Source: Fistulifera solaris (taxonomy: Eukaryota). Taken from it: a stretch of 64,000 nucleotides of DNA. Under the pieces are notes generated by a model that was given only the letters and a program-made list of their open reading frames with translations, searched no databases and was not told the origin of the DNA. The DNA lies in contig AP026158.1 in the NCBI GenBank assembly GCA_030295235.1, forward strand, positions 124,001 through 188,000, in the 5' to 3' direction. Position 1 is the stretch's first letter; each line of letters opens with the position of its first letter. Shown here one piece after another: positions 24,261-37,081 of this stretch. The translations under genes and the position numbers were made by a program.

Positions 24261-27200
24261 ATGACCGGAAGGACAGCCTTTTATACCTCTCTGTGGATAT
24301 CTTCTTTGCTTTCTTGGCCATTGGTGGCGTTTACTACCCCTCGCCCTCCTTGCCAGCCACGTACGACACCAACGTCCATGGCCCCCAATTTCATCGAAAG
24401 TATCCGCCAAACTCTTTTCGGAACCGAGAAAGAGATTCTTCTAAAAGACTTTCCGGTGCCGGATTCGGAAGCGGTACGACGAACACTTTCTCTCATCGCC
24501 GTCCATCCGCAACCAAAAGAGAACCAGAAAACAAAGAAGAACAATATCTTCCTCAAAAACATACAACAATGGTGGAACCAACAGTTACCCGCACGCGATG
24601 TCATTTTGCAAAAGATGTGGAAATTCTCAGTGCGGAGGAATACCTTTCCTTACGTCGGGAATTGCGACCCGATTTTCAAATTCCGAGCAACAATCCACCC
24701 ATCACTGTCGATGTCGAAGAAGAAGCTATCCAACAAGCAGAGATAAACCAGGATGTAATTCGACCAAAATCGGATTCCACACCATCTACCAATTTCGATT
24801 CATTCACCAAGGATCCACCACAGGTGATTCTCACGGAAACCGTTCCACAGACGACTCCAGCTATTGGGAATATGGATGCATTTCGTCCGCAAAACGATCC
24901 TACGACTGTACGTCCGATCTCCTTAGCGACAATTCTGGAAACACAATCGAATCAGCCCGGAAGGTCAACGTCACAGACGTCGTACTTGCAATCGTTGGAG
25001 GTTGCCGTATCTCGTCCGGAGGGAACTTCGCGACAGTTTACCTATTTGGAAAGTCTAGATGCATCCTTGGGCAGCCGCGTCTCTCAGGTACCACGTCGAC
25101 AAGTGTTGTTGGAAGAACCGTGGGTCACTGTCAGTGAATCAAGCAATTTAGACGGGGCAATGATGAAAGAGGAGTCGCTTGAAACGCTTCAAGTCTCATT
25201 TGTTGAGTTACCAAAGCCATCCGTTCCATCGGAAGTAACGACACGGACATCGCGGTCGTACTTGGAATCTTTGGATGTTGCCGTATCTCGTCCGGAGGGA
25301 ACTTTGCGACAATTGTCGTATTTAGAAGGCTTGGATGATTTGGATGCATCGGAATCTTTTGCCGGCCGCATGTCTCAAATTCCTCGTCAACAAGAGGCGG
25401 TGATTAAAGCAATGTCGACCCAACAGGGTTGGGGGACCAGAAAGGAGACCAAATGTTTGCTCGAAGAACCACGGGTCACTTCGAGTGATTCAAACTATTT
25501 GGACGGGGCAATGTTGAGAGAGGAGTCGCTGGAATCGCTTCCACCAGAAAAAGTACAAGAAAGTGTGCAATACTCACTGCCACGAGAGGTCGAAGAATTA
25601 TATGATGCTATCAATACTAACACTGATAATGATATCCGAAACCAACTCGATCAAGGCGGCACATCTGAGTTGACGCAGGACGATACACTCGCAGAAATAG
25701 ACCCAATTGCCTATGGAGTTTCAACACAGCAAGAATCGCTGTTCGCGATGGGCGAATCTGCCGCCGATTCTTACTATTCACAAAGCTCAACAATCAGCAC
25801 GGAAGAAACTGCCGCCAATGAATCCCGTTTCGGTTATCAAACAGAGTCTGCCAATCCAAATATACCACGAAGAGCATCTTTCTCGCCCGTTCGGTCAACT
25901 GTAAAAGACTACAACTCAACCAGTTCCAGCCCGTATCTCGCGTCGCTAAGAGGATTGAAAAACCGTCCATTCCAGTATGAAAAGGAACCAATTACTGATA
26001 CATGGAAGTCTAAGAAATCGTTTGAAGCGACAACTATCGGATCATTTTCACCCGTTCGTGCTTCTATCAAGAATGTAAATTCCACAAGCTCCAGTCCATA
26101 TCTTGATACTTTACGTGGGCAAGTAATTGCGCCATTCGATTTCAAAGCAGCAACGTTTGCTGCATCAGCGAAAAGATGAATCCGTAACGCCCAATAAAGA
26201 TGCCACTCCGCTGGCGGCTGTCACTCCGAATCAATCTGCAACACAAGAATCATTTGCGGATGACAAGTTGTGGTCAGCGCAACCCACAAAAGCTTCCTTC
26301 GCCCCCGTACGCCCAGGAGTTAAAAACGTCGATGCTACAAGTTCTAGTCTCTATCTCACTGCTTTGCGAGAAACAACGACACCACAGCCTCGCATGAAAT
26401 CAATAAAACCGAAAGTGACAGTCAATACGCAAGCAAATCTGTTACCAACTGTAGGATTAAAAGACGAGAATAAACGACCTCGACCCATGGGTGCATCCTT
26501 TTCGCCAGTGCGGTCTTCAATTAAAAAGATGAACTCAAAAAGTTCCAGTCCGTATCTCGACGCACTGAAAGGACGGACAATGAAGTCCTTCGAAGCGATG
26601 CCTGTCACTCCGCTCCCTGCAAATACCATATCAAAGTCCCCAACGCGTCCTCCCGGTGCTTCCTTCTCGCCTGTTCGCTCGACAATAAAGAATGTTGACT
26701 CGACCGGTTCCAGTCCGTATCTTGCCACGCTCAAAGGACGAACAATGGCATCATTCGAATCCTTGTATGGTGCCAACCCAACTTCGGACGAACCATTCAT
26801 GTCATCGGCAACAGAGACAGAACCATCTCGACCCATGGGTGCATCCTTTTGCCAGTGCGGTCTTCAATTAAAAAGATGAACTCAAAAGTTCCAGTCCGTA
26901 TCTCGACGCACTGAAAGGACGGACAATGAAGTCCTTCGAAGCGATGCCTGTCACTCCGCTCCCTGCAAATACCATATCAAAGTCCCCAACGCGTCCTCCC
27001 GGTGCTTCCTTCTCGCCTGTTCGCTCGACAGTAAAGAATGTTGACTCGACCGGTTCCAGTCCGTATCTTGCCACGCTCAAAGGACGAACAATGGCATCAT
27101 TCGAATCCTTGTATGGTGCCAACCCAACTTCGGACGAACCATTCATGTCATCGGCAACAGAGACAGAACCATCTCGACCCATGGGTGCATCCTTTTCGCC

Positions 27201-30200
27201 AGTGCGGTCTTCAATTAAAAAGATGAACTCAAAAAGTTCCAGTCCGTATCTCGACGCACTGAAAGGACGGACAATGAAGTCCTTCGAAGCGATGCCTGTC
27301 ACTCCGCTCCCTGCAAATACCATATCAAAGTCCCCAACGCGTCCTCCCGGTGCTTCCTTCTCGCCTGTTCGCTCGACAATAAAGAATGTTGACTCGACCG
27401 GTTCCAGTCCGTATCTTGCCACGCTCAAAGGACGAACAATTGCATCATTCGAATCCTTGTATGGTGCCAACCCAACTTCGGACGAACCATTCATGTCATC
27501 GGCAACAGAGACAGAACCAGCTCGACCCATGGGTGCATCCTTTTGCCAGTGCGGTCTTCAATTAAAAAGATGAACTCAAAAAGTTCCAGTCCGTATCTCG
27601 ACGCACTGAAAGGACGGACAATGAAGTCCTTCGAAGCGATGCCTGTCACTCCGCTCTCTGCAAATACCATATCAAAGTCCCCAACGCGTCCTCCCGGTGC
27701 TTCCTTCTCGCCTGTTCGCTCGACAATAAAGAATGTTGACTCGACCGGTTCCAGTCCGTATCTTGCCACGCTCAAAGGACGAACAATTGCATCATTCGAA
27801 TCCTTGTATGGTGCCAACCCAACTTCGGACGAACCATTCATGTCATCGGCAACAGAGACAGAACCAGCTCGACCCATGGGTGCATCCTTTTCGCCAGTGC
27901 GGTCTTCAATTAAAAAGATGAACTCAAAAAGTTCCAGTCCGTATCTCGACGCACTGAAAGGACGGACAATGAAGTCCTTCGAAGCGATGCCTGTCACTCC
28001 GCTCTCTGCAAATACCATATCAAAGTCCCTAACACGTCCTCCCGGTGCTTCCTTCTCGCCTGTTCGCTCGACAATAAAGAATGTTGACTCGACCGGTTCC
28101 AGTCCGTATCTTGCCACGCTCAAAGGACGAACAATTGCATCATTCGAATCCTTGTATGGTGCCAACCCAACTTCGGACGAACCATTCATGTCATCGGCAA
28201 CAGAGACAGAACCAGCTCGACCCATGGGTGCATCCTTTTCGCCAGTGCGGTCTTCAATTAAAAAGATGAACTCAAAAGTTCCAGTCCGTATCTCGACGCA
28301 CTGAAAGGACGGACAATGAAGTCCTTCGAAGCGATGCCTGTCACTCCGCTCTCTGCAAATACCATATCAAAGTCCCTAACGCGTCCTCCCGGTGCTTCCT
28401 TCTCGCCTGTTCGCTCGACAATAAAGAATGTTGACTCGACCGGTTCCAGTCCGTATCTTGCCACGCTCAAAGGACGAACAATGGCATCATTCGAATCCTT
28501 GTATGGTGCCAACCCAACTTCGGACGAACCATTCATGTCATCGGCAACAGAGACAGAACCAGCTCGACCCATGGGTGCATCCTTTTCGCCAGTGCGGTCT
28601 TCAATTAAAAGATGAACTCAAAAGTTCCAGTCCGTTTCTCGACGCACTGAAAGGACGGTCAATGAAGTCCTTCGAAGCGATGCCTGTCACTCCGCTCCCT
28701 GCAAATACCATATCAAAGTCCCCAACGCGTCCTCCCGGTGCTTCCTTCTCGCCTGTTCGCTCGACAATAAAGAATGTTGACTCGACCGGTTCCAGTCCGT
28801 ATCTTGCCACGCTCAAAGGACGAACAATGGCATCATTCGAATCCTTGTATGGTGCCAACCCAACTTCGGACGAACCATTCATGTCATCGGCAACAGAGAC
28901 AGAACCAGCTCGACCCATGGGTGCATCCTTTTCGCCAGTGCGGTCTTCAATTAAAAGATGAACTCAAAAGTTCCAGTCCGTATCTCGACGCACTGAAAGG
29001 ACGGACAATGAAGTCCTTCGAAGCGATGCCTGTCACTCCGCTCTCTGCAAATACCATATCAAAGTCCCTAACACGTCCTCCCGGTGCTTCCTTCTCGCCT
29101 GTTCGCTCGACAATAAAGAATGTTGACTCGACCGGTTCCAGTCCGTATCTTGCCACGCTCAAAGGACGAACAATGGCATCATTCGAATCCTTGTATGGTG
29201 CCAACCCAACTTCGGACGAACCATTCATGTCATCGGCAACAGAGACAGAACCATCTCGACCCATGGGTGCATCCTTTTCGCCAGTGCGGTCTTCAATTAA
29301 AAAGATGAACTCAAAAGTTCCAGTCCGTATCTCGACGCACTGAAAGGACGGACAATGAAGTCCTTCGAAGCGATGCCTGTCACTCCGCTCCCTGCAAATA
29401 CCATATCAAAGACCCCAACTCGTCCTCCCGGTGCTTCCTTCTTTTCTGTTTGTTCCAGCCCATATTTCGATGGGCTTAACGGTATTTCAACGAAATCATT
29501 TGAAGCGATGCCTGTCACTTCGGTTCCTGTAGATGCAGCAACAACAACAACACCAGCAAAAGCCATACATTCCCTTGCTTCCTTCTCCTCAGTCCATTCC
29601 TCGATGAAAAAATTTGATTCGACCGGTACTACTCCCTTCCTTGATGCGGTGAAGGGGCTTACCATGCCATCCGTCGGTCGTGAAGGATCATCTGTTTCAC
29701 TATCACGCCAAACAATCAACACGTCTCAACAGTCGGCTGATTTGCACAAGTACAGCTCAAATTCTGAAAAACAAGAACTTCGCAGTACAGATCAATCATC
29801 TACAATCAATGAGACTAGCAAACCCTGTTCTGTGGTTTTGACGAACCTGTCAGGCAATCGCCCCACACCAGAGAGTGAGGATTTCCGCGGGTTGTCCAGT
29901 TTAGAATATAAGGAGAATAATCAACCCGCTTCCCAGGACTTGAAAATTTGGCTAAATGAAGCTCGCAAGCACGCACCATTGCTTCAAGCAGGTCCTGATA
30001 AACCCGATTTGAAAAATAGAGTTCCAATGATGTCGTCGCCTATAGCGGGTCCGTACCTCGACAAGCTTACCTCGTCACCTCGTCAGGAATCACCCAAGCC
30101 ACAGGGTAGCTCTAAGGTTCACAAAACGAGCCGATGGTTGCCTAGAAACGGTGGAGGCCCCGACGCAGCTGACTTGAAACATAAAGTACTGATGTCTTCA

Positions 30201-30242
30201 TCTTCATCGAACCCTTACTTGGATAGCTTACAGCAAGACTGA
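24261..30242 (+). CDS. Giant (~2000 aa) plastid-targeted Ser/Pro/Thr-rich repeat protein with multiple apparent frameshifts
   Basis: Signal peptide ending LVA-F plus transit-like TTPRPP...; successive ORFs (24261, 24293, 26127, 26926, 27543, 28316, 28428, 28774, 29355) share the same motifs and switch frame at or beside homopolymers. Confidence 0.7.
24981..25533 (+). repeat. Dispersed internal duplication (~70-90 aa) in the giant protein
   Basis: SYL.SL.VAVSRPEGT.RQ..YLE.LD...LLEEP.VT.S.S..LDGAM..EESLE occurs twice (~24981 and ~25256). Confidence 0.85.
26481..29441 (+). repeat. 348-bp (116-aa) coding tandem array, 8 full copies plus a partial copy
   Basis: CGACCCATGGGTGCATCC starts at 26481, 26829, 27175, 27523, 27870, 28218, 28565, 28911 and 29257; copies are near identical. 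Confidence 0.97.
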
Positions 30243-30340
30243 ATGTGACCGACGAAGGCTACAATAGGGTTGTTAAAACGACCACTTTGTGGAACGATCA
30301 TGTACCAAAGGAAAGTCGAACTATTTCGCCACAAGTTACT

Positions 30341-33300
30341 CTAGTCTATGGCTTCTGTTTCGTAAGCATTTGTTTTGTATACTCCCATATCGTGATTGCA
30401 CCGGTGACGTGGACGTTCAGACTGCGAATTATACCGAACTGCGGTATTTCGACACATTCGTCCACAGCGTGGAGGTATTGAATTGGAATGCCTTCTTTTC
30501 CTTGCCAAGTAGAAGGACTGTCGGTCGATCGGGAAAGGAAAAATTGGATAGTTGGACGCTCGTTGAAGTCTGTTCAATGCCAAGAATGAAAAATCCTTCT
30601 TCTCGTTTCTTCGTCAACCATTTTAGTAGATTCTGTCAATGTTCACGTGCAAAATAAAATTAGACTGTGACACGATAGAATCGCGAGAAGACATACATAT
30701 CAACAAAAGACATCTCATTGTTTAATCGATATCCATCAAATGGCAATCGGAACAGATCTTGGTAATTTATAAAATAATCACGGATGTTGGGACAATAGCA
30801 GCAAAGAATACCTTTGACTCACCTTCTCTTTACATTCTTCGACGGTAATCCAGTCTCCAGCTCCAACACTAATACTCTTAAAATTATCCATTTTCGCAAC
30901 TTTCTTGTCAGGGATGACTAGGGAATCTACCCCAAATATTTCCGACGTTCGAGCTAATCCTCCTAGATTGGGCACTTTATCGATGAGACTAGCGCACACA
31001 ATCAAGTTTTGTTTCGTACGGCCGGCAGCTGTTCGAAGCCGGCGTTCAGCAAAGCTTTCGAGAGCCAAATTCAACGCGTCCAAAGGAATAATTTTCCGCT
31101 GAAAATTCACGGCGTCACAGACAGCGGTAGCGCTATTTTGCAAATCAATTGGTTCGTCTTCTTTTTCCTGCAATAGCTTCCATGTCGGCGCGTCACCGCC
31201 ACGAGACTCCTCATAAACCATTTGAAGCCCCTCTTTGATAACTTCAACTAAATGATTGGGAAAAGCTTCACCGCCTTCATCCACGGGAATGTCCAATATA
31301 CCTCTGACAGTGCATACTTCATTGACATGGTATTGGTTGAAAAAATCAACCTGCTTGGACCGTAAACGCTTCATTTCGGCGTTCTCATCCAAATGTTTGT
31401 ATATGGTCCTGAGATACCAAATGTTGTCAAAATTGTCTTCCACGCAAGTCACGTCAATTCTAAGCGGAATTAATTCGTAAACAAGTAACTGAGCAATTGC
31501 CCGGCTGAACCCTTGAGTGCTGCTGAGCCATGGTATGACCCCTGAAATGAGTGAATCCAACGTATTACTCGTGGAATCTGATGTTATAGCAGGCAAAAAC
31601 TCTACCTTGTGCCTTCCAACAACCAAGTTACCAGTAATTATCATAAATGAAGAAATCGTTTGCAGAGATAGAGCATGCCTTGTAATGTTGCTCACCAAAG
31701 AGTCTACGAAAAGCTGAGGGAAACGTCTCGCGCATTGAATGGCCAGAATTTCTATGAAGTACCGGATTTGTCCGTGAAGTGTCTCTTCAAGAGCCTCAAA
31801 GATACGATCACGCACAACTTCCACAAGAGACGGCGTCAAAAACTTAGATAGAACACATAATGCCTGCCATCCCCTCATCTTTGTGCAATATTCGGGACTG
31901 CCAATCATCACCATACTTGTAGTTTTCTTTGATCCTTTCTTCGCAGAAGGGCGCACTGCATCAAGCAATCGTATGACCAAGGGACTGATTAATGAAGTTG
32001 CCACATTCTCGGGTAGCTCTTGGTTTTCAGTCAACTCCGCAAAGAATGTAAGAAGGATCCCTCTGGTGACACTCTGATCGTGAGCAGTCACCGGAAGTCC
32101 AATACCCGTTTCTCCGGGAAATAACGGATTTTTCGTCGTATGAGATACAGCATCTTCTACAGCATCGTCTTTTTGTAAAAGCAGCTTTTCGAGATCATCC
32201 AAGTAAGGAATAGCAGCAAGCCCTTGGTTTCTTGCACTTTCTGTCCTCAGCCAGCCAACGACCGCGTAGGCCAACACAGTCCTGCTTATGAAAGACTTTT
32301 TTGTACCAGCCATTTCAATTAATTCACGAAACGTTGAGCGGATAGGGGTGGCAGTATTTTTGTTGTCCAGCAGCCTGGTGTACTCGTCCAGCATTAAATC
32401 AGATCTGAAAACAAGACGGCAAATTCCATCCAACATTTGTAGACTTTCTTTAGCAGTCTTGCATTCAGCCGTGACTTTAAGGAGAGTCTTAATCACCGAG
32501 CTCAAGCAATTTATATGCTGCTCTCCACCTTTACCGATAGTCAAAAGATATTTGCCGGCAGGAATAACACAGTCGAAAAGAAGGGTGATTGCCTCAGCAG
32601 GAGTGGCTTCAATGTCTTCGGCGGCAACAGAGAATAGTTTCTCCGAGGCGATTCGACGCTCGTCGTCATTCGTCGAAGCAGAGGCAAGGATAGAAAACAA
32701 GCACGACAAAGCACCCCACCGTGCAAAGTGAAACAAAGACCTGCAAGCTTGCTTGTCGTCTCTCGAAGGTATTCTGATTGGATTGAAATCCATTACAAGC
32801 AAAGCGTTCACTGCAGAAAGAGCTTGGGGTGTGTTTATTTCTACTCCGGCTAATAGGGCCCCATACAAAAGACAAAGCCCTTGCAATGTTTTCACGTCGG
32901 CCTTTCTGACGCCGACCAGAAGAGGCAAGTTTTTGTCAGCTATTGACGCGTTACCGCTCGAGAGAGCCATGCTGGACGGAAACGCTTTATGAATTATGCG
33001 AAATTGACGAATCAGCCCCGAGTAGGTCTGGGAAAGAATCCGTGCATTCCCTGACCGAAAGCTTCCTTCTCGGGTAACATCCTGGCCATCCTGCGCTATA
33101 AGCCCAATAATGTGGTGGTGAATAAAGTCAAAACCATTGGTGAGAACGCGCTCAACATTTGAAGGGGGTGGCATCATTTGATTGGCAGAGTCGACAACCA
33201 AGTCTCCGTTTCCCATTCCTGAAAGCAATTGTGCTTGACAGCCATATTCTAGCAACAGTAAAGCTCGAGCGACTCTATCAGCCATTGACCACGACGGAGT

Positions 33301-35337
33301 TGCTATTGCGACAGGTGCGTGGTTTATTCCTTTGTTAATGGCTGGCCATAACAGCTCACTTGATGTACTAGTTGATTCAGTTGCAGCCGAGGTTGCCAGA
33401 AAGCAAAATGAGACGGCCGCTTTAGCAGTCACTTTGTCCAAAGCCGAAGTACCAATCTTCGGATTCCATGATTCCTGTTGTGTTGACGAAAGAAGCATTC
33501 CATCTACAAAAGCCGTTGCAATAGGACCACCGGCACCAGCAGCCCATCCAGGTTTCTCTGAATTCAATCCTGTTTGAATCCATTCTCTCAATGCCGTATT
33601 ATCTTCGTCAACGAGAGGATAGAGACCAAGTACCGCTAAAATACTTTGAGGTGAAAGTGCTTGTTCCGCGACGGTATGATGCAGCACAACCGCGAAGTTT
33701 TCTAAGAGAGAGTCTTTGTACTTTTGCGCCACTGATCCCGAAGAGAACAGACTCTCAAAAGCAGTCGCAACATTCACCAAAACTTGTTGCTCAACAGGAA
33801 ACTTGACACCGCTCTTCGCCATGGCCGACGCCGAACATTCCAACAACTGAACTACCGTCTTGTGGTGCATCTGACACACCACCGCGTTGGACAATAGTCG
33901 CGACAGGAATTGTCCGCGAACTTTAGAATTGTCTAGCGTCAAAATGTATTCGTACAAAAAGTCGTGCATCATCTCCGCCATATCTTCGGCAGAATTCTTC
34001 TTTTGCCATCCTCTTCCATGTGCATAGTAAGACCTACCGAATCTGATAAAGAATCGTAAGACTGAAGGATAACATCAAATAGAAAGTCCGGATTAATACT
34101 GGCCAAAGGCGCACCCTTTTGTGGCGCCTGTCGGATGATCCCGCTTCACCGCGAAACAACCGGTACAAGGTGAGTTTGCGGACGACGGGTAAATCCGGCG
34201 AGACCAGAATGCGGGCCAACAAAAGAAACGTCCAACGAAACGAAACGCCGGGGGCATAGCCTTGTATGCCTCATTGTGACTCGCTTCCGCGAACAATTCT
34301 TGCACCGAACCCCAAATCTGATCCATTAAATGCGGTTCTTGTTCCATTTCCGCCGTTTCGAAGCATGCTACATACTTGTACCACGATTTATGGGAATGTT
34401 GCTCTTCCATGACACGCAGTAAATACAATCCCCGTCGTCGCAACAATTGCGAGTGCGATTCTTGTAGTGTCGTTTCCGCAGCGGCCTTACGTCGTAGGCC
34501 CGTATGTTTCATCGGCGTGACGTTTTGACAACCTTGTTGTAAGCATTGATAAATGAGTTCCCATACTTTGGCTTGTGTCCAAAGCGATGTACCCTCTTGT
34601 TGTGAGAGGAGGACCGGAAATAGTATACAAAGAACCGACGTGATCACCAAGAGTGATCGCGGAGATGAATCGGCCTCGTACAGCTCCCACATCAACTGTT
34701 CTACCGGTTCGCAATTCTTCGGCAACAATAAAGGAAGTAAGGAATGAATGATGGGACCCATCAAGGCCGCTCGTTCGGTATCATCGGTCACTCGGACGGC
34801 CTGTTGGACACCTCCCTTCAAGAGATCGAGACCCATGGTAGGACGTTGGAGTCGTTGCACCACGAGACACAGATTCTTCCATGGCTGATGAGAGTCTTGG
34901 ATCCGAATCGTTTCGTCGGTTTGCGTAATTTGCGGGGGCAAGGGAATCGTCTCGTCGTGTGCAACAACAACAACAACATCGAGTAACGCATCCAGTAATT
35001 CGTAAGATTCCTTCCAGCAAACCGACAAGATCATCGAGAAAGCATTGTTTTGACTGTTATGGTGTTGATGCCAAAAGACGAGTAACAGGAACAATTTGTG
35101 CGAATGAGTGTTCGTTTTCTTTCGGTTATTCCAAATGGAATTCACCCAGGAGCGATCTTCTTCATCAAAACCTTCAAAAAACGACACAATGTTGGTCGTC
35201 GTCGTCGTCGTCACGACTTTATTGTGTGACGACGACGAAACCTGCAACAAACATTGCAAGGCCGGAACGAGGGCTTTGAGTGACAGACTCTGCAACAGCG
35301 GTTCCACGGATTGAAAAAGTGATTGCAATTTCGTCAT
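30341..35337 (-). CDS. TRM3: tRNA Gm18 2'-O-methyltransferase (TRM3/TARBP1, SpoU family); intron 30633-30822; several frameshifts
   Basis: [50 protein letters not shown]; long helical N-terminal region as in TARBP1. Confidence 0.85.
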
Positions 35338-35811
35338 ACTCGACGCCTATTCCTTGTATCTGTGTGTCAAACAAATGGATGCTTTTCTGGTTGCATCTTA
35401 TCAGGATCTTCCTCGTTTGTCGTCACATTTTCGCGTTTCATCGTTGCAGTTCCATTACGGAGTTTTTTTTCTTGGTCGGCGTTACTATCCGCACATATGG
35501 CCAGACGAGGAGTCCTGGCATCTGGTAGTCTCCAAAAGTAGCTTGTTTACCATAGGCCCCGACTATACCACGACTAAATTCCAGTCATGAAGCATGCACG
35601 ATCGTCCCGTTTGTTTTCCTAGTAGGAAAAAAGTAAAATACGAGGCGCCATGGAAGTCCGTACAAGTAGTCGTTTCAATGCAATTACCTTTTACTATGCA
35701 ACCAGACACGGTAGCACTCGAATGAACACACAGCAATGCTACTGTCTCGTCAATTCATTTCGAGACGATCGGAACAACAGATCCTAAAATTGTCATTCAA
35801 ACTTTTATCCA

Positions 35812-36561
35812 TTATACATACGTAGCACTACTACTACTACTACTAGTACTACTTTGCACTCCCGTCAACATCGACAAGACGTTATGACGCATCATGGCCA
35901 TGGCCCCTTGTTGAGCTCCTTGTTGCATCATGCGTTCGAACCGCGCTTTTTGATCGGTACTGCACTTATAGTAGCCATACACATTCGCACCGGCCAACGC
36001 CAAGGCCAATCCATCCACCAACAACCATTCCCAATGAAACGATATCAAGGCCATGATAAAAAAGACACCCCACGTGAGGGGTGTGGCATATAACACGGTC
36101 CAAAAGACATTCTTATCAAAGGGATTGACTTGATAGCGTGGTCGTCCCCCCTGCTGTTGATATTGTTCGGCACTTTCAAAGATCCACGTTGTCGTATCAT
36201 TTTCAACTTTATTCCACCATCGTAATCCAACTAACAATCGTCCCGTGACATTTTTGACGACCCAAAAATCGGCCGCCAACAATAAAATGCAAACGACGGA
36301 CCAGGTAATGAAAGCACCTTCACTTTTGCCAATGAACCAATTCGCAAACAAATACAAGAGAACGGCGGCCGCTTTGAAGAGAATGTGGAAAATAATGACG
36401 ATAGGATGGGATGATTGTGACAATTGATTCAAGACAGAATCGACCATGTTGTTGGGTTGGGCGGTGCTTACGGGCAAAGGAGCATCGTGACCGGCGGGAG
36501 AAAAAGTACCGTCAGGATTTTGTACATGGAATTGCAAGTCGTGGGAATTATTATGGTTCAT
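35812..36561 (-). CDS. TVP23: Golgi apparatus membrane protein TVP23/FAM18
   Basis: SSHP...FH..FK, DFWVVKNVTGRLLVGLRWWN, WIFES, AN..GY.KC. Confidence 0.93.
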   Translation of the reverse strand: MNHNNSHDLQFHVQNPDGTFSPAGHDAPLPVSTAQPNNMVDSVLNQLSQSSHPIVIIFHILFKAAAVLLYLFANWFIGKSEGAFITWSVVCILLLAADFWVVKNVTGRLLVGLRWWNKVENDTTTWIFESAEQYQQQGGRPRYQVNPFDKNVFWTVLYATPLTWGVFFIMALISFHWEWLLVDGLALALAGANVYGYYKCSTDQKARFERMMQQGAQQGAMAMMRHNVLSMLTGVQSSTSSSSSSATYV

Positions 36562-37081
36562 TCTTCTTGTTTGTTCTGTATATATGAACTATTTCTTGTT
36601 GAAATTAGAACGAAGGAAAGAGATTGAAAAGGAAATGGGCAGTTACGAATGAATAAACGGCACCCAAATAGCACACGCCAAGGCACACGCGCGCCTTGTT
36701 GCGGCAGAGGCTGAGGGTCGTATGTGCTTTTGTGTACTACAGTTTCGGACTCAACAGTCACGAGCAGGATGACTTTCGCGCGAGCCAGCCTTCCGTTGAA
36801 GTCATTTCTTCTACTATTTGCGCTGAGTGTGAAAGTCACCTCCATTCACTCTGTGTGAAACTGTAAGCGTCCATTCAACGGACTCCGCCCTCCGCAGTCA
36901 CTCGTTTCGTTTTTTTTGTTGCATCTCCTCTGTCATTTCGGCTCTGTTGCAGGAGAAGGAAGTATAGAGCAGGTCATTCATCTCTTTATTGATACCGTTG
37001 TCTCTAAAATAACAGTATTCTTCTTCGATTCCTTTTAAAAGAGAGAACTCAACTACACTCACAAACAAACAAACAAACAAA

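Noticed and set aside
26481..29441. Array as CRISPR, satellite DNA or a transposon
   Set aside because: No repeat-spacer structure; the unit is a multiple of 3 and its peptide motifs continue into unique flanking coding sequence; no terminal repeats or transposase seen.
26351..29722. Minus-strand ORFs across the array, and other long antisense ORFs such as 10361..10903, 40503..41039 and 59835..60581
   Set aside because: Shadows of supported genes on the opposite strand, with no motifs of their own.
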